DNA of 64,000 nt from Hyalangium minutum (GTDB lineage: Bacteria > Myxococcota > Myxococcia > Myxococcales > Myxococcaceae), in NCBI RefSeq assembly GCF_000737315.1, contig NZ_JMCB01000003.1, positions 372,001-436,000 on the forward strand. The letters are read 5' to 3'. How positions within the stretch are numbered: the first letter of the stretch is position 1; each line of letters opens with the position of its first letter. The notes beneath the pieces are model-generated. The model had not been told where the DNA came from. It saw only the letters and a list, made by a program, of their open reading frames with translations, and ran no database searches. Shown piece after piece: positions 8,701 to 17,452 of this stretch. Position numbers and translations under genes: made by a program.

Positions 8701-11700
8701 CTACGGATGCTCCTCGACGAGCGACTCCTGGGCCTCTCGGAGGAGTTCTTCGTACTCCCCGCGCACCAGCGGATTGAGCTCGACGGCCCGAGCGAGCGCG
8801 GCTCGGGCCTGAGGCAGAAGCTCGCGGCGCTCGGCCTCCTGGTCCGCCTTGCGCGCCTGGACCAGCAGCAGGGCCCCCCGTAGAGCGTAGGCCTGTGCCA
8901 GGGTGGGATCGATCTGGAGCGCCAGCTCCACGTGTTTCAGTCCCTCCACGATGGAGGCGCGCGCCACGCCAGGGTCCGAGCTCTCTGCCAGCAGCCAGTG
9001 GACGCGGGCCAGCACCAGGTGTGTCTCGTAGTAGGAGGAGAACAGCTCCACGGCGCGCTGCGCCTCGGAGAGCGCTCGCTGGAGAAGGTCTGCGCTGGCG
9101 CTCCCCTTCTGCTGGGCCCACGCTACCTCCAGCAGCCCGAGCCGCGCGGACTCGATCCGGCACTCGGCGCACCCGGCGTCATGCCCGAGCGCGCGCTCGA
9201 TGGACTGCCGACCCAGGCTCAGCGCGGTGCCCGGATCGAGCCGCTCCCGGAGCGCGTGCCGGGCCTCCAGGGAGAAGCCCATGGCTTGGTAGAGGTGCGT
9301 GCGCGCATGGGCCGGATTGATGCTCAAGGAGCGCTCGAGGTGCCGGCGCGCGCCCTCGAGCGCCGGACGCGGATCCCGGCCGGTCTGGAGGAGGTGGTTG
9401 GCGAGCACCAGCTCCGCCCCGGCGGCGGAGTTCAGGATCCAGTAATACCCGGCATCCAGCGCGAGGCCCTGCTCCGCGGCCTTGAGTGCTCGCTGGACAT
9501 CGGCCTCGGGGTTGAACCCTCGCAGGACGGAGTACTCCGCCAGCTCGTAGTACGCGGTGGTCTGGTTTGCGAGGGGGTAGAGGTAGGTCGGATCGGCTCG
9601 CTCCGCCTGCTCGAAGCGGCGGAGCGCCTCCTGGTAGGACTCGCGGGGATCCTGGCCGTGCTCGCCCTGGTAGCGGCCCTGAGCCAGGTACGCCGCCCCC
9701 AGATCATTGAGCGCCCACGGGTGGTTGGGCTGGAGCTGGAGCGCCCGGGACAGCTGGGCAATGGCCTCGCGGAACGAGGGGACGGGATCCCGGCCGTTGC
9801 GAGCCTCGTAGCCGCCGCGCTTGAGGTAGCCGATGCCCAGCGCGTCGTAGGCGGACACGTCCCCCGGGTCCAGCTCCACGGCGCGCCGGCCCGTGGCGAT
9901 CCACTCCATGAGCAGAGCGCTGACATCCTGATCCTTGGGTTGATGGACCGCCACCCAGTACCGGCGCATCAGCACATAGGCTTTCTGGGTGTAGCCCACC
10001 GAGCGCTGCGGCGCGGCCTGGATGCTCTTCTCGCTGGCCGCCAGCGCCCGCTCCAGGGCCTGCTCTTGCGGCTTGCCCTGCTTCTCGTCGAGCTCGGATT
10101 GGCGCAGCCACACCTCGGCCAGGGCCTCGTAGTTCACCGGAGCGCTGCCGCCCAGCGAGATGGCATTGTCGTAGAAGCTGGCGGCCTCCAGCAGCCCGGC
10201 CCTGGCCGTCTCGTAGCTGAGCCCGGGCTGCTCCACCGTCCGCACCCGTGTCACATCCCCCGCGAGCTTCCAGGCCTCGTGCATCCAGGGCGCTTCGGTG
10301 GAGGCCTGGGCCGCGGCCCGGAGCGCCACGTCATACTGGCGGCGGTAGAAGGCGATGAGCCCCTCCAGGTAGCGCGGCGACTCCAGCTCGACGCCCTGGC
10401 TGCGCTCGAGCGACTGGAGCGCGGGCTGGAGGTACTTCTCCTCGAGCTCCCGCTGCCGCGCGGCCAGCCACTCCTGGTTGCCGCTGCGCCGCGCATGCTC
10501 CAGAGCGCGGTGGTACAGCTCTCCGAGCACCCGGCCCAGGGCGTAGTGCAGCTCGGGCGAGTCGAGCCCCTGCTTCCGGGCGAGCAGCAGCTCCTCGTGA
10601 GCCTTGTCCAGCTCGTGCAGCGCCAGGTGGCCACGCCCCAGTGCGTAGTGGATGAGCGCCTCGCCCGTGGCTCCCAGCCCCGGCAGCAGGGCTGCGATCC
10701 GGTGCATGCGCTCGCGAACGAGCTCCTGCTCGCGGCGAGTGTCATGCAGGGGGAGCGCGGAGGCCAGGCGCATGAACCACTCGATCTCCTTCACCTCCTG
10801 CCCGAGCTTCTCGGCCAGCCGGGCGCGCTCCTCGGACTGTTGCCGGGTGTTCCGGGCCTCCAGCCACGCCCGCACGCCGAAGGTGGCCAGCACCAGGATG
10901 ATGGCCAGGGACAGCCCCGAGACGGCCACCAGGGCGCGGTGCTTGCGCGACACCCTCCTCAGCCGGTACTGCAGGCTCGGCCGCCGCCCGAGGATCGTCT
11001 CTCCGTCCAGGTACCGCGCGAGATCCTCGGACAGCGCGCGAGCGGACACGTAGCGCTGGTGAGGCTCCTTGCTGAGGCACTTGAGGACGATGATCTCCAG
11101 ATCGCGATCGATCTGGGGCATGCGCGAGTGCAGCGACGGAGGCTCCTCGTTGAGCACCTTGTCCAGGGTGCCGGCCAGCGTCGAAGCGGTGAAGGGAGCC
11201 GTGCCCACCAGCAGCTCATAGAGCGTGGCCCCCAGGCTGTAGACATCCGAGCGGCGATCGATGCTGGACAGCTCGCCTCGCGCCTGCTCCGGCGCCATGT
11301 ACGCGGGGGTGCCCAGCAGCGCGCCGGACAGGGTGAGCCCGTGACCGTGGCTGGCGTCGTAGGCCAGGCCAAAGTCCATGACGACGGGGAACCAGCGCCC
11401 GCTCTCGGTGCGCTCGACGGCGATGTTGGTCGGCTTCAGGTCCCGGTGGACGACGCCCTGACGGTGGGCCTCGTGGATGGCGGTGGCCACTTCCTGGAGG
11501 ATCCGGACCTTCTCGGCCTGCGACAGCGTGGAGGCGGCCCGATCCAGCCGCTGGCCCTCCACCAGCTGCATGGCGATGTACGCCTTCCCTTGAACTTCGC
11601 CGACCTCGTACACCTTGCAGATGTTGGGGTGATCGATGCGGGCCTGGGCGCGTGCCTCCTGGAGGAAGCGCATGACCAGCTCGGGATCCGAGCCGAGGAT

Positions 11701-11967
11701 GAACTTGAGGGCCACGGTGCGGCCCAGGCGCTTGTCGCGAGCCTTGTAGACCTCGCCCATGCCGCCGCGCCCCAGCAGCTCGAGGAACTCGTAGCGCTCC
11801 CACCCGGAGACCGGGAACGCCGGGCCTGAGGTGACCCCGGCCTGAGGGGGAGGCGCGCTGGCCCCATCCGTCCCGGGCAGCGTGGCGAGGTTCTCTTGCT
11901 CGGCAGCGGGCGTCGCTCGAACGAGGGTTGGTTCGAGGGCCGGCGCTGCATCACCAGGATCCGGCAT
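8701..11967 (-). CDS. Ser/Thr protein kinase with hydrophobic segment and long TPR region
   Basis: GRGGMGEVY, VALK, HRDLKPTN, DFGLA, YMAPE and DVYSLG are all intact; one hydrophobic helix, then TPR repeats; 1088 aa. Confidence 0.93.
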   Translation of the reverse strand: MPDPGDAAPALEPTLVRATPAAEQENLATLPGTDGASAPPPQAGVTSGPAFPVSGWERYEFLELLGRGGMGEVYKARDKRLGRTVALKFILGSDPELVMRFLQEARAQARIDHPNICKVYEVGEVQGKAYIAMQLVEGQRLDRAASTLSQAEKVRILQEVATAIHEAHRQGVVHRDLKPTNIAVERTESGRWFPVVMDFGLAYDASHGHGLTLSGALLGTPAYMAPEQARGELSSIDRRSDVYSLGATLYELLVGTAPFTASTLAGTLDKVLNEEPPSLHSRMPQIDRDLEIIVLKCLSKEPHQRYVSARALSEDLARYLDGETILGRRPSLQYRLRRVSRKHRALVAVSGLSLAIILVLATFGVRAWLEARNTRQQSEERARLAEKLGQEVKEIEWFMRLASALPLHDTRREQELVRERMHRIAALLPGLGATGEALIHYALGRGHLALHELDKAHEELLLARKQGLDSPELHYALGRVLGELYHRALEHARRSGNQEWLAARQRELEEKYLQPALQSLERSQGVELESPRYLEGLIAFYRRQYDVALRAAAQASTEAPWMHEAWKLAGDVTRVRTVEQPGLSYETARAGLLEAASFYDNAISLGGSAPVNYEALAEVWLRQSELDEKQGKPQEQALERALAASEKSIQAAPQRSVGYTQKAYVLMRRYWVAVHQPKDQDVSALLMEWIATGRRAVELDPGDVSAYDALGIGYLKRGGYEARNGRDPVPSFREAIAQLSRALQLQPNHPWALNDLGAAYLAQGRYQGEHGQDPRESYQEALRRFEQAERADPTYLYPLANQTTAYYELAEYSVLRGFNPEADVQRALKAAEQGLALDAGYYWILNSAAGAELVLANHLLQTGRDPRPALEGARRHLERSLSINPAHARTHLYQAMGFSLEARHALRERLDPGTALSLGRQSIERALGHDAGCAECRIESARLGLLEVAWAQQKGSASADLLQRALSEAQRAVELFSSYYETHLVLARVHWLLAESSDPGVARASIVEGLKHVELALQIDPTLAQAYALRGALLLVQARKADQEAERRELLPQARAALARAVELNPLVRGEYEELLREAQESLVEEHP

Positions 11968-11997
11968 GGGCCCTCCACACTATCAGTGCACAGGGGG

Positions 11998-12046
11998 TGG
12001 CACATGGCACAGCTCGGTGTGCCTGTGCCTGTGCCACCGCTGTGCC
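11998..12046. promoter_or_regulatory. GGCACA/TGTGCC repeat cluster, copy 2
   Basis: TGGCACATGGCACAGCTCGGTGTGCC followed by additional TGTGCC units, in the divergent intergenic region between the kinase and the ADYC gene. Confidence 0.6.
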
Positions 12047-12137
12047 CGGCCGCCCGGCTCCGCTCCGGGCATCCCTGAGCAAAGGCCAAACCCCTGAATT
12101 CATTCAAGAACCTTGCCGAAGCCTCTTCCCTCCCCGT

Positions 12138-12153
12138 TGGCACGAATCCTGGA
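12138..12153 (+). promoter_or_regulatory. Possible sigma54 promoter (perfect -24, imperfect -12)
   Basis: TGGCACG-AATC-CTGGA. The -24 box is consensus, but the -12 reads CTGG rather than TTGC. Confidence 0.4.
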
Positions 12154-12229
12154 AAGAACCTCCAACATCAGCGAAGCCGTACAATCTGAAAAAAAACGGG
12201 AAAACCGTCTTTCTGAGAAAGGACCCACC

Positions 12230-13402
12230 ATGAACCCCACCACCGACCGACCGTCCCTGAAGCCAGTGATGTCTTGGGTGAGCACCGCCGCGATGAGCCT
12301 GCTGGCACTCACGCTGACAGTGGGTTGCGGCGAGCCGCTGGAGGCTGAGGCGGAGGCCGAGGCCCTGGGCCAGCAGGAAGCTCCGATGGGCCGCCTGGAT
12401 ACCGGCTGCACCAGCGGCAACTGCTCGGATCCCACCAACGGCCAGGGCATCTACATCGCCAAGGGCTTCGGGTACTGCATCTGGCTCCACCGCGATATCT
12501 ACTTCTGCCCCGAGTACTTCTCGCAGTCCCAGAGCGGGCCCCAGCTCACGGGGCAGACCGTCAACTCCAAGGGGGAGTCGCTCACCCAGGCGGTGACGTT
12601 CCCGGTGGCGGGCCGGCGGCTGGGGCTGCCCGTGGATGTGCTCCGCATCGGACTGAACGCCCAGGATCTGGTCATCGCTTATAAGGATGCCAGCGGCTAC
12701 TACGAGCTGTCCGGGACCGATCTGGGGAACCTGGAGCTCGATCTCCAGAACTCCACCCTGGGCGCGTTCTCGCTGCGATTCCGCCCCGCGGCGCTGGACA
12801 AGGGCGTCATGCTGTACGAGGCCGAGTACATCCGCGCGTCGATGTCGGCGTGGGCGCCTACGTGCCAGGATAGTGCCGGGAAGGTGGCCTTCATTCCGGA
12901 GCGCAGGGTCGACCCGGTGACCGCCAAGGTGGCGAAGGACACGGATTCGGGGGTGGTCACCATGGCCTGCCGCACGGGCGCCATCGCGACGTGCATGGTC
13001 TGGGGGTACCGGCCGCACGAGGTGTCGGATCCGGAGCGGCAGTCCATGGCCGACACCGCCTATGCGACCTGCCTGCAGGCCAAGCGCGCCGCGTACTTCG
13101 TCCAATCGGGGGATTACGCCAGCTACACGACGGAGGGCACCCATATCGCGTTGCAGGACTTGTACGGGATCATGAACGTCTCGATGCCCGGAGTGGAGGC
13201 CGTGTGGGGCCCCGAGGGCGCTCGCTGCTTCAGCGAGTCGTACCGCCGCATCCCGAACCCGGGCGCGGTGCTGCCAGCGCTTCCCACTGTGATCCCGGTG
13301 CCGGCCTGTGATCAGCGGCTCCACACCGCGGCCCAGTCCGGAACGCTGCAGTCCGAGCTCCGGGAGGATGCGCCGCTGGCCACCGGGCCATATGTTCCCT
13401 GA
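12230..13402 (+). CDS. ADYC-domain-like lipoprotein
   Basis: RBS GAAAGGA before ATG 12230; lipobox LTVGC; C-terminal ACRTGAIATCMVWGYRP...TCLQAKRAAYF...YTTEGTHI...EAVWGPEGARC pattern typical of myxobacterial ADYC domains. Confidence 0.7.
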   Translation: MNPTTDRPSLKPVMSWVSTAAMSLLALTLTVGCGEPLEAEAEAEALGQQEAPMGRLDTGCTSGNCSDPTNGQGIYIAKGFGYCIWLHRDIYFCPEYFSQSQSGPQLTGQTVNSKGESLTQAVTFPVAGRRLGLPVDVLRIGLNAQDLVIAYKDASGYYELSGTDLGNLELDLQNSTLGAFSLRFRPAALDKGVMLYEAEYIRASMSAWAPTCQDSAGKVAFIPERRVDPVTAKVAKDTDSGVVTMACRTGAIATCMVWGYRPHEVSDPERQSMADTAYATCLQAKRAAYFVQSGDYASYTTEGTHIALQDLYGIMNVSMPGVEAVWGPEGARCFSESYRRIPNPGAVLPALPTVIPVPACDQRLHTAAQSGTLQSELREDAPLATGPYVP

Positions 13403-13465
13403 GAGCAGCTGAGCGAGGGGCTCCTCTCGCGTGCCTGAGGGGCTTCCGGTACCCTACCGCCCCTC

Positions 13466-16400
13466 ATGGTGAGTGCCTCTCCCCCGAGCGAAACGATTGC
13501 CCCTGGAACGGTCATCGCGGGCCGTTTCGCCCTGCAGCGTCTGGCGGGCCAGGGAGGCGTCGGTCTCGTCTACCAGGCTCGGGACACGCAGACGGGCGGC
13601 ACCGTAGCGCTCAAGCTGCTGCACACCATCGCGGATCCCGAGTCCGCCCGCCGCTTCGTCCGCGAGGCGGAGTTTCTCGCCGGGCTCCACCACCCCGGCA
13701 TCGTCTCGTATGTGGCCCATGGCCTGACGGAGGAGCACCAGCCCTTCCTCGCCATGGAGTGGCTGGAGGGAGAGGATGTGGCGCGGAGGCTGGCGCGCCA
13801 GCCCCTGGCGCTCTCGGAGACGCTGGGGCTGTTGCGCCGCGTGGCCGAGGTGCTCGCCATCACCCACGCGCGCGGCATCATCCACCGGGACATCAAGCCC
13901 TCGAATCTGTTCCTGCGCGGAGGGCGGGCCGAGGATGTGGTGCTGCTGGACTTCGGCCTGGCGCGCGTGTCGGCGGCCTCTCAGGCGTTGACGGGCAGCG
14001 CCATGGTGGTGGGCACTCCCGGCTACATGGCCCCCGAGCAGGCCTCCAGCAACCCGGAGCTCACGCCGGGCGCGGACATCTTCTCGCTGGGCTGCGTGCT
14101 CTACGAGTGTCTCTGCGGGCACCCACCCTTCCGGGCTCCGCACATCGCGGCGGTGTTGGCCAAGATTCTTTTTGCCGATCCGCCCTCGCTCCACACCTTC
14201 CGTGTCGAGCTGCCCATCTCGCTCCAGGTGCTGGTGGATCAGATGCTGGCCAAGGCGCCGGAGAAGCGGCTCAAGGACGGCCAGGAGCTACTGCGGACGC
14301 TCGAGAAGCTCGAGATGATGCCCGAGCTGCCACCGCCGGACTGGCAGGGCTCCGCCCCCGCGATGTCGCGCCTGACGAACACCGAGCAGCACCTGGTCAG
14401 CGTGGTGCTCGCCACACCCACGGTGTCCGCGCGCGAGACGCTCACGATGACCTCGGACGAGTCCCATCGGATGCAGCAGGTGCTGACCTCGCTGAAGAAG
14501 GAGCTGAAGAGCCATCAGGCGCGGGCGGCGGTCCTGGCGGATGGCTCGCTGCTGGCGACCTTCGTGCTGGAGCACGGCACGGCCACGGATCAGGCCGCCC
14601 TGGCCGCCCACTGCGCCCTGGTCGTGAAGGAGCGCTTGCCCGAGAGCTTCGTGGCGCTCACCACGGGACTGAGCCTGCGCAGCGCCCCCATGCCCGTGGG
14701 CGATGTGGCGGATCGCGCCGGGGAGCTGCTGCGCCAACTGGAGGGCATCTCGGACCCGGCCTCGGCCCAGGTGATGCTGGACGAGACGACGGCCGGGCTG
14801 TTGGGGCCGCGCTTTCAGCTCGACAAGGACAGCTCGGGCCGGTTCCTGCTGCGGGGCGAGCACCTGAGCGGCAGCTTCAGCCTGGACGAGTCCCGCCCGC
14901 TGCTGGGCCGCCCCACCCGTTGCGTGGGCCGCGAGCAGGAGCTCTCCCTGTTGGATCTGGCCTTCAACACGTGCATGGAGGACTCCACCGCGCGTGCGCT
15001 GCTGGTGACCGCGCCTGCCGGGACGGGCAAGTCCCGCCTGCGCTCGGAGTTCCTCCGCCGCCTGGAGCAGCGGGGCTATCAGATGCTCGCCCTGTTCGGG
15101 CGGGGGGATCCGATGAACGCGGGCTCCGCCTACGGGCTGCTGGGCCAGGCGTTGCGTGAGCTCTGCGGGGTCATGGATCGCGAGCCGGTGGAGGCCTGCC
15201 GCGAGAAGCTGCTCCAGCGGCTCACCCGGTACCTGATGCCCGAGCAGCGCAAGGACACCGTGGAGTTCCTGGGCGAGCTCTGCGAGGTCCCCTTCCCCGC
15301 CGAGGACAGCCCCAAGCTGCGCGCGGCGCGCGAGGACCCGCGGCTGATGCGCCTCCAGGTGGCGCGGGCCCTGGTGGCGTTCCTGCGGGCGGAGACGTCG
15401 CAGGGGCCGTTGCTCCTGGTGCTGGAGGATCTGCACTGGAGCGACGCGCCCACGGTGAAGCTGGTGGACGAGGTGCTGCGCGAGCTGAACGAGTGTCCGC
15501 TGATGGTGCTGGCGCTGGGGCGGCCGGAGGTGAAGGAGCTCTTCCCGGGGCTGTGGGGACAGAGCCTGCAGGAGGTGCCGCTGCGAGGGCTGACACCGCG
15601 GGCCAGCACTCAGTTGGCGCAAGAAGTGCTGGGGCGCCAGGTACCCGAGGCCGTCGTGGCCCGGCTGGTGGAGCAGGCCGCTGGCAACGCCCTCTTCCTG
15701 GAGGAGCTGATCCGAGGCGTGGCCGAGGGACGCGGCGAGGAGACACCGGGCACGGTGCTGGCGATCCTCCAATCCCGCCTGCAGCGGCTGGATCCGGGCC
15801 TGCGGCGTGTGCTGAGGGCGGCCAGCATCTTCGGAAGGACGTTCTGGACGGGCGGCGTGCAGGCCCTGCTGGAGGGCGAGTTCTCCACTGACGAGCTGGA
15901 GCGCAGCCTGCGGCACCTGATCGTGCTCGAGCTGGTGCAGCCCCAGCAGGAGAGCCGCTTCTCCGGGGAGTCGGAGTACCGCTTCCGGCACGCGCTGGCG
16001 CGGGATGCGGCATACGGGCTGGTGCCGGATGATCTCAAGCCGCTGGGGCATCGGCTGGCGGGCACGTGGCTGGAGCAGGCCGGCGAGCCGGAGCCCCTGG
16101 TGCTGGCGCGGCACTACCAGCTGGGCCACGAGCGGGCCAAGGCCGTGCAGTTCTCCACCCGTGCGGGCGAGCGGCTCTTCGAGCGGCATGACCTGAAGGC
16201 CGCGCAGCAGTGCCTGGAGTCCGCGCTGGCCTGTGCGCCGGAGGGCGCGGACCTGCTGCCGCTGCGGGCCCTGGAGGCGGCAATCGCCTTCTGGCGGGAG
16301 GACTTCGAGCGCTCGTTCACCGCGGGCAGCGAGATCCTGCCCCGGCTGACGGCGGGCAGTGCGCCGTGGAGCCGGGTGATCAGCGGCCTGCTGCTGGCGA

Positions 16401-17452
16401 GTGCGCAGAGCGGTCGGCACGGAGAGGTGGCGCGGCTGGGCCAGCAGCTCTTGGACACGGCACCGGATGCCCACGCGGGTCCTCTCTATGTCGCGGCGGC
16501 GTGCTTCCTGGCCGCGATGAATACCTGGAGCGGCCAGAAGGCGGGGGCGGCCTCTGTGCTGGATCGCATCCAGGCCGTGTCCGCCGGCTTCGCGACGCCC
16601 AGCCGGGTGGCGCAGGCGTGGACGGAATCGGCGCAGGGCTACTTCGATCACTTCCTGTCGAACCGGCCCTGGCAGGCCCTGGTGCACTCGCGGGAGTCGG
16701 AGCGGACGTTCCGCGAGGTGGGCTCGGATCTCAACGAGACGGCGGCCCAGGCCCTCATGGGGCTGACGCTGGAGGCCATGGGTGAGGCGGGGTCCGGCAT
16801 TGAGGTGCTGCGCAAGGCGCTCGCGGTCTGCCAGCAAGGGGAGCACCGGTATGCCGCGGCGGGGTCTCGCATGCACCTGGTGCTGGTGCTGTCGGGCAGC
16901 GCCGAGCCTGGGCACCAGGAGGAGGCGGGGTCTCTCGCGCGCCAGATCCTGGAGACGGAGAAGCCCAACCTGCTGCACCAGGGCGTCGCGCACGTCGCGC
17001 TGTCGAAGGTGGCTCTGGCCCAGGGCGATCTGACGGTGGCGGAGGGCCAGGCTCGCCGGGCGTGCGATCTGCTGGCGGTGCTCATGCCCTTCCACCTGCT
17101 CGCGAGCCGGAGCCTGTGCATGACGTTGCTGGCACAGGGGCACGTCCAGGAGGCGCGGGCGGTGGCGGAGCGAGGCGTCCTTGTGCTGGAGAAGCTGGGG
17201 GGAGAGGGCTCTGGGGCCGTGGGGACATGGCTGTCGCTCGTGGAGGCGTGCTTGGCGCAGGGGGAGACGGCGGCGGCGGAGAAGGCCTTGCGCAAGGCGC
17301 AACAAAGCCTGGCGGTGCGCGCGAGGGACATCCCGGATCCGGTGGCCCTCGAGCGCTTCCTGAGCCAGGTGCCCGAGAACGCCCGCACGCGGGAATGGGT
17401 GCGTCAGCGCTGGGGCACGGATTGGGATGGTGCCCATGCCCGAGTTCCATGA
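13466..17452 (+). CDS. Ser/Thr kinase + degenerate cyclase-like region + AAA/P-loop ATPase + TPR-like C-terminus
   Basis: [22 protein letters not shown]; Walker A APAGTGKS; Walker B LVLEDLHW; GNALFLEEL; helical C-terminus; 1328 aa. Confidence 0.92.
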   Translation: MVSASPPSETIAPGTVIAGRFALQRLAGQGGVGLVYQARDTQTGGTVALKLLHTIADPESARRFVREAEFLAGLHHPGIVSYVAHGLTEEHQPFLAMEWLEGEDVARRLARQPLALSETLGLLRRVAEVLAITHARGIIHRDIKPSNLFLRGGRAEDVVLLDFGLARVSAASQALTGSAMVVGTPGYMAPEQASSNPELTPGADIFSLGCVLYECLCGHPPFRAPHIAAVLAKILFADPPSLHTFRVELPISLQVLVDQMLAKAPEKRLKDGQELLRTLEKLEMMPELPPPDWQGSAPAMSRLTNTEQHLVSVVLATPTVSARETLTMTSDESHRMQQVLTSLKKELKSHQARAAVLADGSLLATFVLEHGTATDQAALAAHCALVVKERLPESFVALTTGLSLRSAPMPVGDVADRAGELLRQLEGISDPASAQVMLDETTAGLLGPRFQLDKDSSGRFLLRGEHLSGSFSLDESRPLLGRPTRCVGREQELSLLDLAFNTCMEDSTARALLVTAPAGTGKSRLRSEFLRRLEQRGYQMLALFGRGDPMNAGSAYGLLGQALRELCGVMDREPVEACREKLLQRLTRYLMPEQRKDTVEFLGELCEVPFPAEDSPKLRAAREDPRLMRLQVARALVAFLRAETSQGPLLLVLEDLHWSDAPTVKLVDEVLRELNECPLMVLALGRPEVKELFPGLWGQSLQEVPLRGLTPRASTQLAQEVLGRQVPEAVVARLVEQAAGNALFLEELIRGVAEGRGEETPGTVLAILQSRLQRLDPGLRRVLRAASIFGRTFWTGGVQALLEGEFSTDELERSLRHLIVLELVQPQQESRFSGESEYRFRHALARDAAYGLVPDDLKPLGHRLAGTWLEQAGEPEPLVLARHYQLGHERAKAVQFSTRAGERLFERHDLKAAQQCLESALACAPEGADLLPLRALEAAIAFWREDFERSFTAGSEILPRLTAGSAPWSRVISGLLLASAQSGRHGEVARLGQQLLDTAPDAHAGPLYVAAACFLAAMNTWSGQKAGAASVLDRIQAVSAGFATPSRVAQAWTESAQGYFDHFLSNRPWQALVHSRESERTFREVGSDLNETAAQALMGLTLEAMGEAGSGIEVLRKALAVCQQGEHRYAAAGSRMHLVLVLSGSAEPGHQEEAGSLARQILETEKPNLLHQGVAHVALSKVALAQGDLTVAEGQARRACDLLAVLMPFHLLASRSLCMTLLAQGHVQEARAVAERGVLVLEKLGGEGSGAVGTWLSLVEACLAQGETAAAEKALRKAQQSLAVRARDIPDPVALERFLSQVPENARTREWVRQRWGTDWDGAHARVP

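Noticed and set aside
8932-11829. 965-aa ORF on + strand
   Set aside because: Antisense shadow of the motif-complete kinase; stop-poor opposite frames are expected at this GC content. No recognisable motifs.
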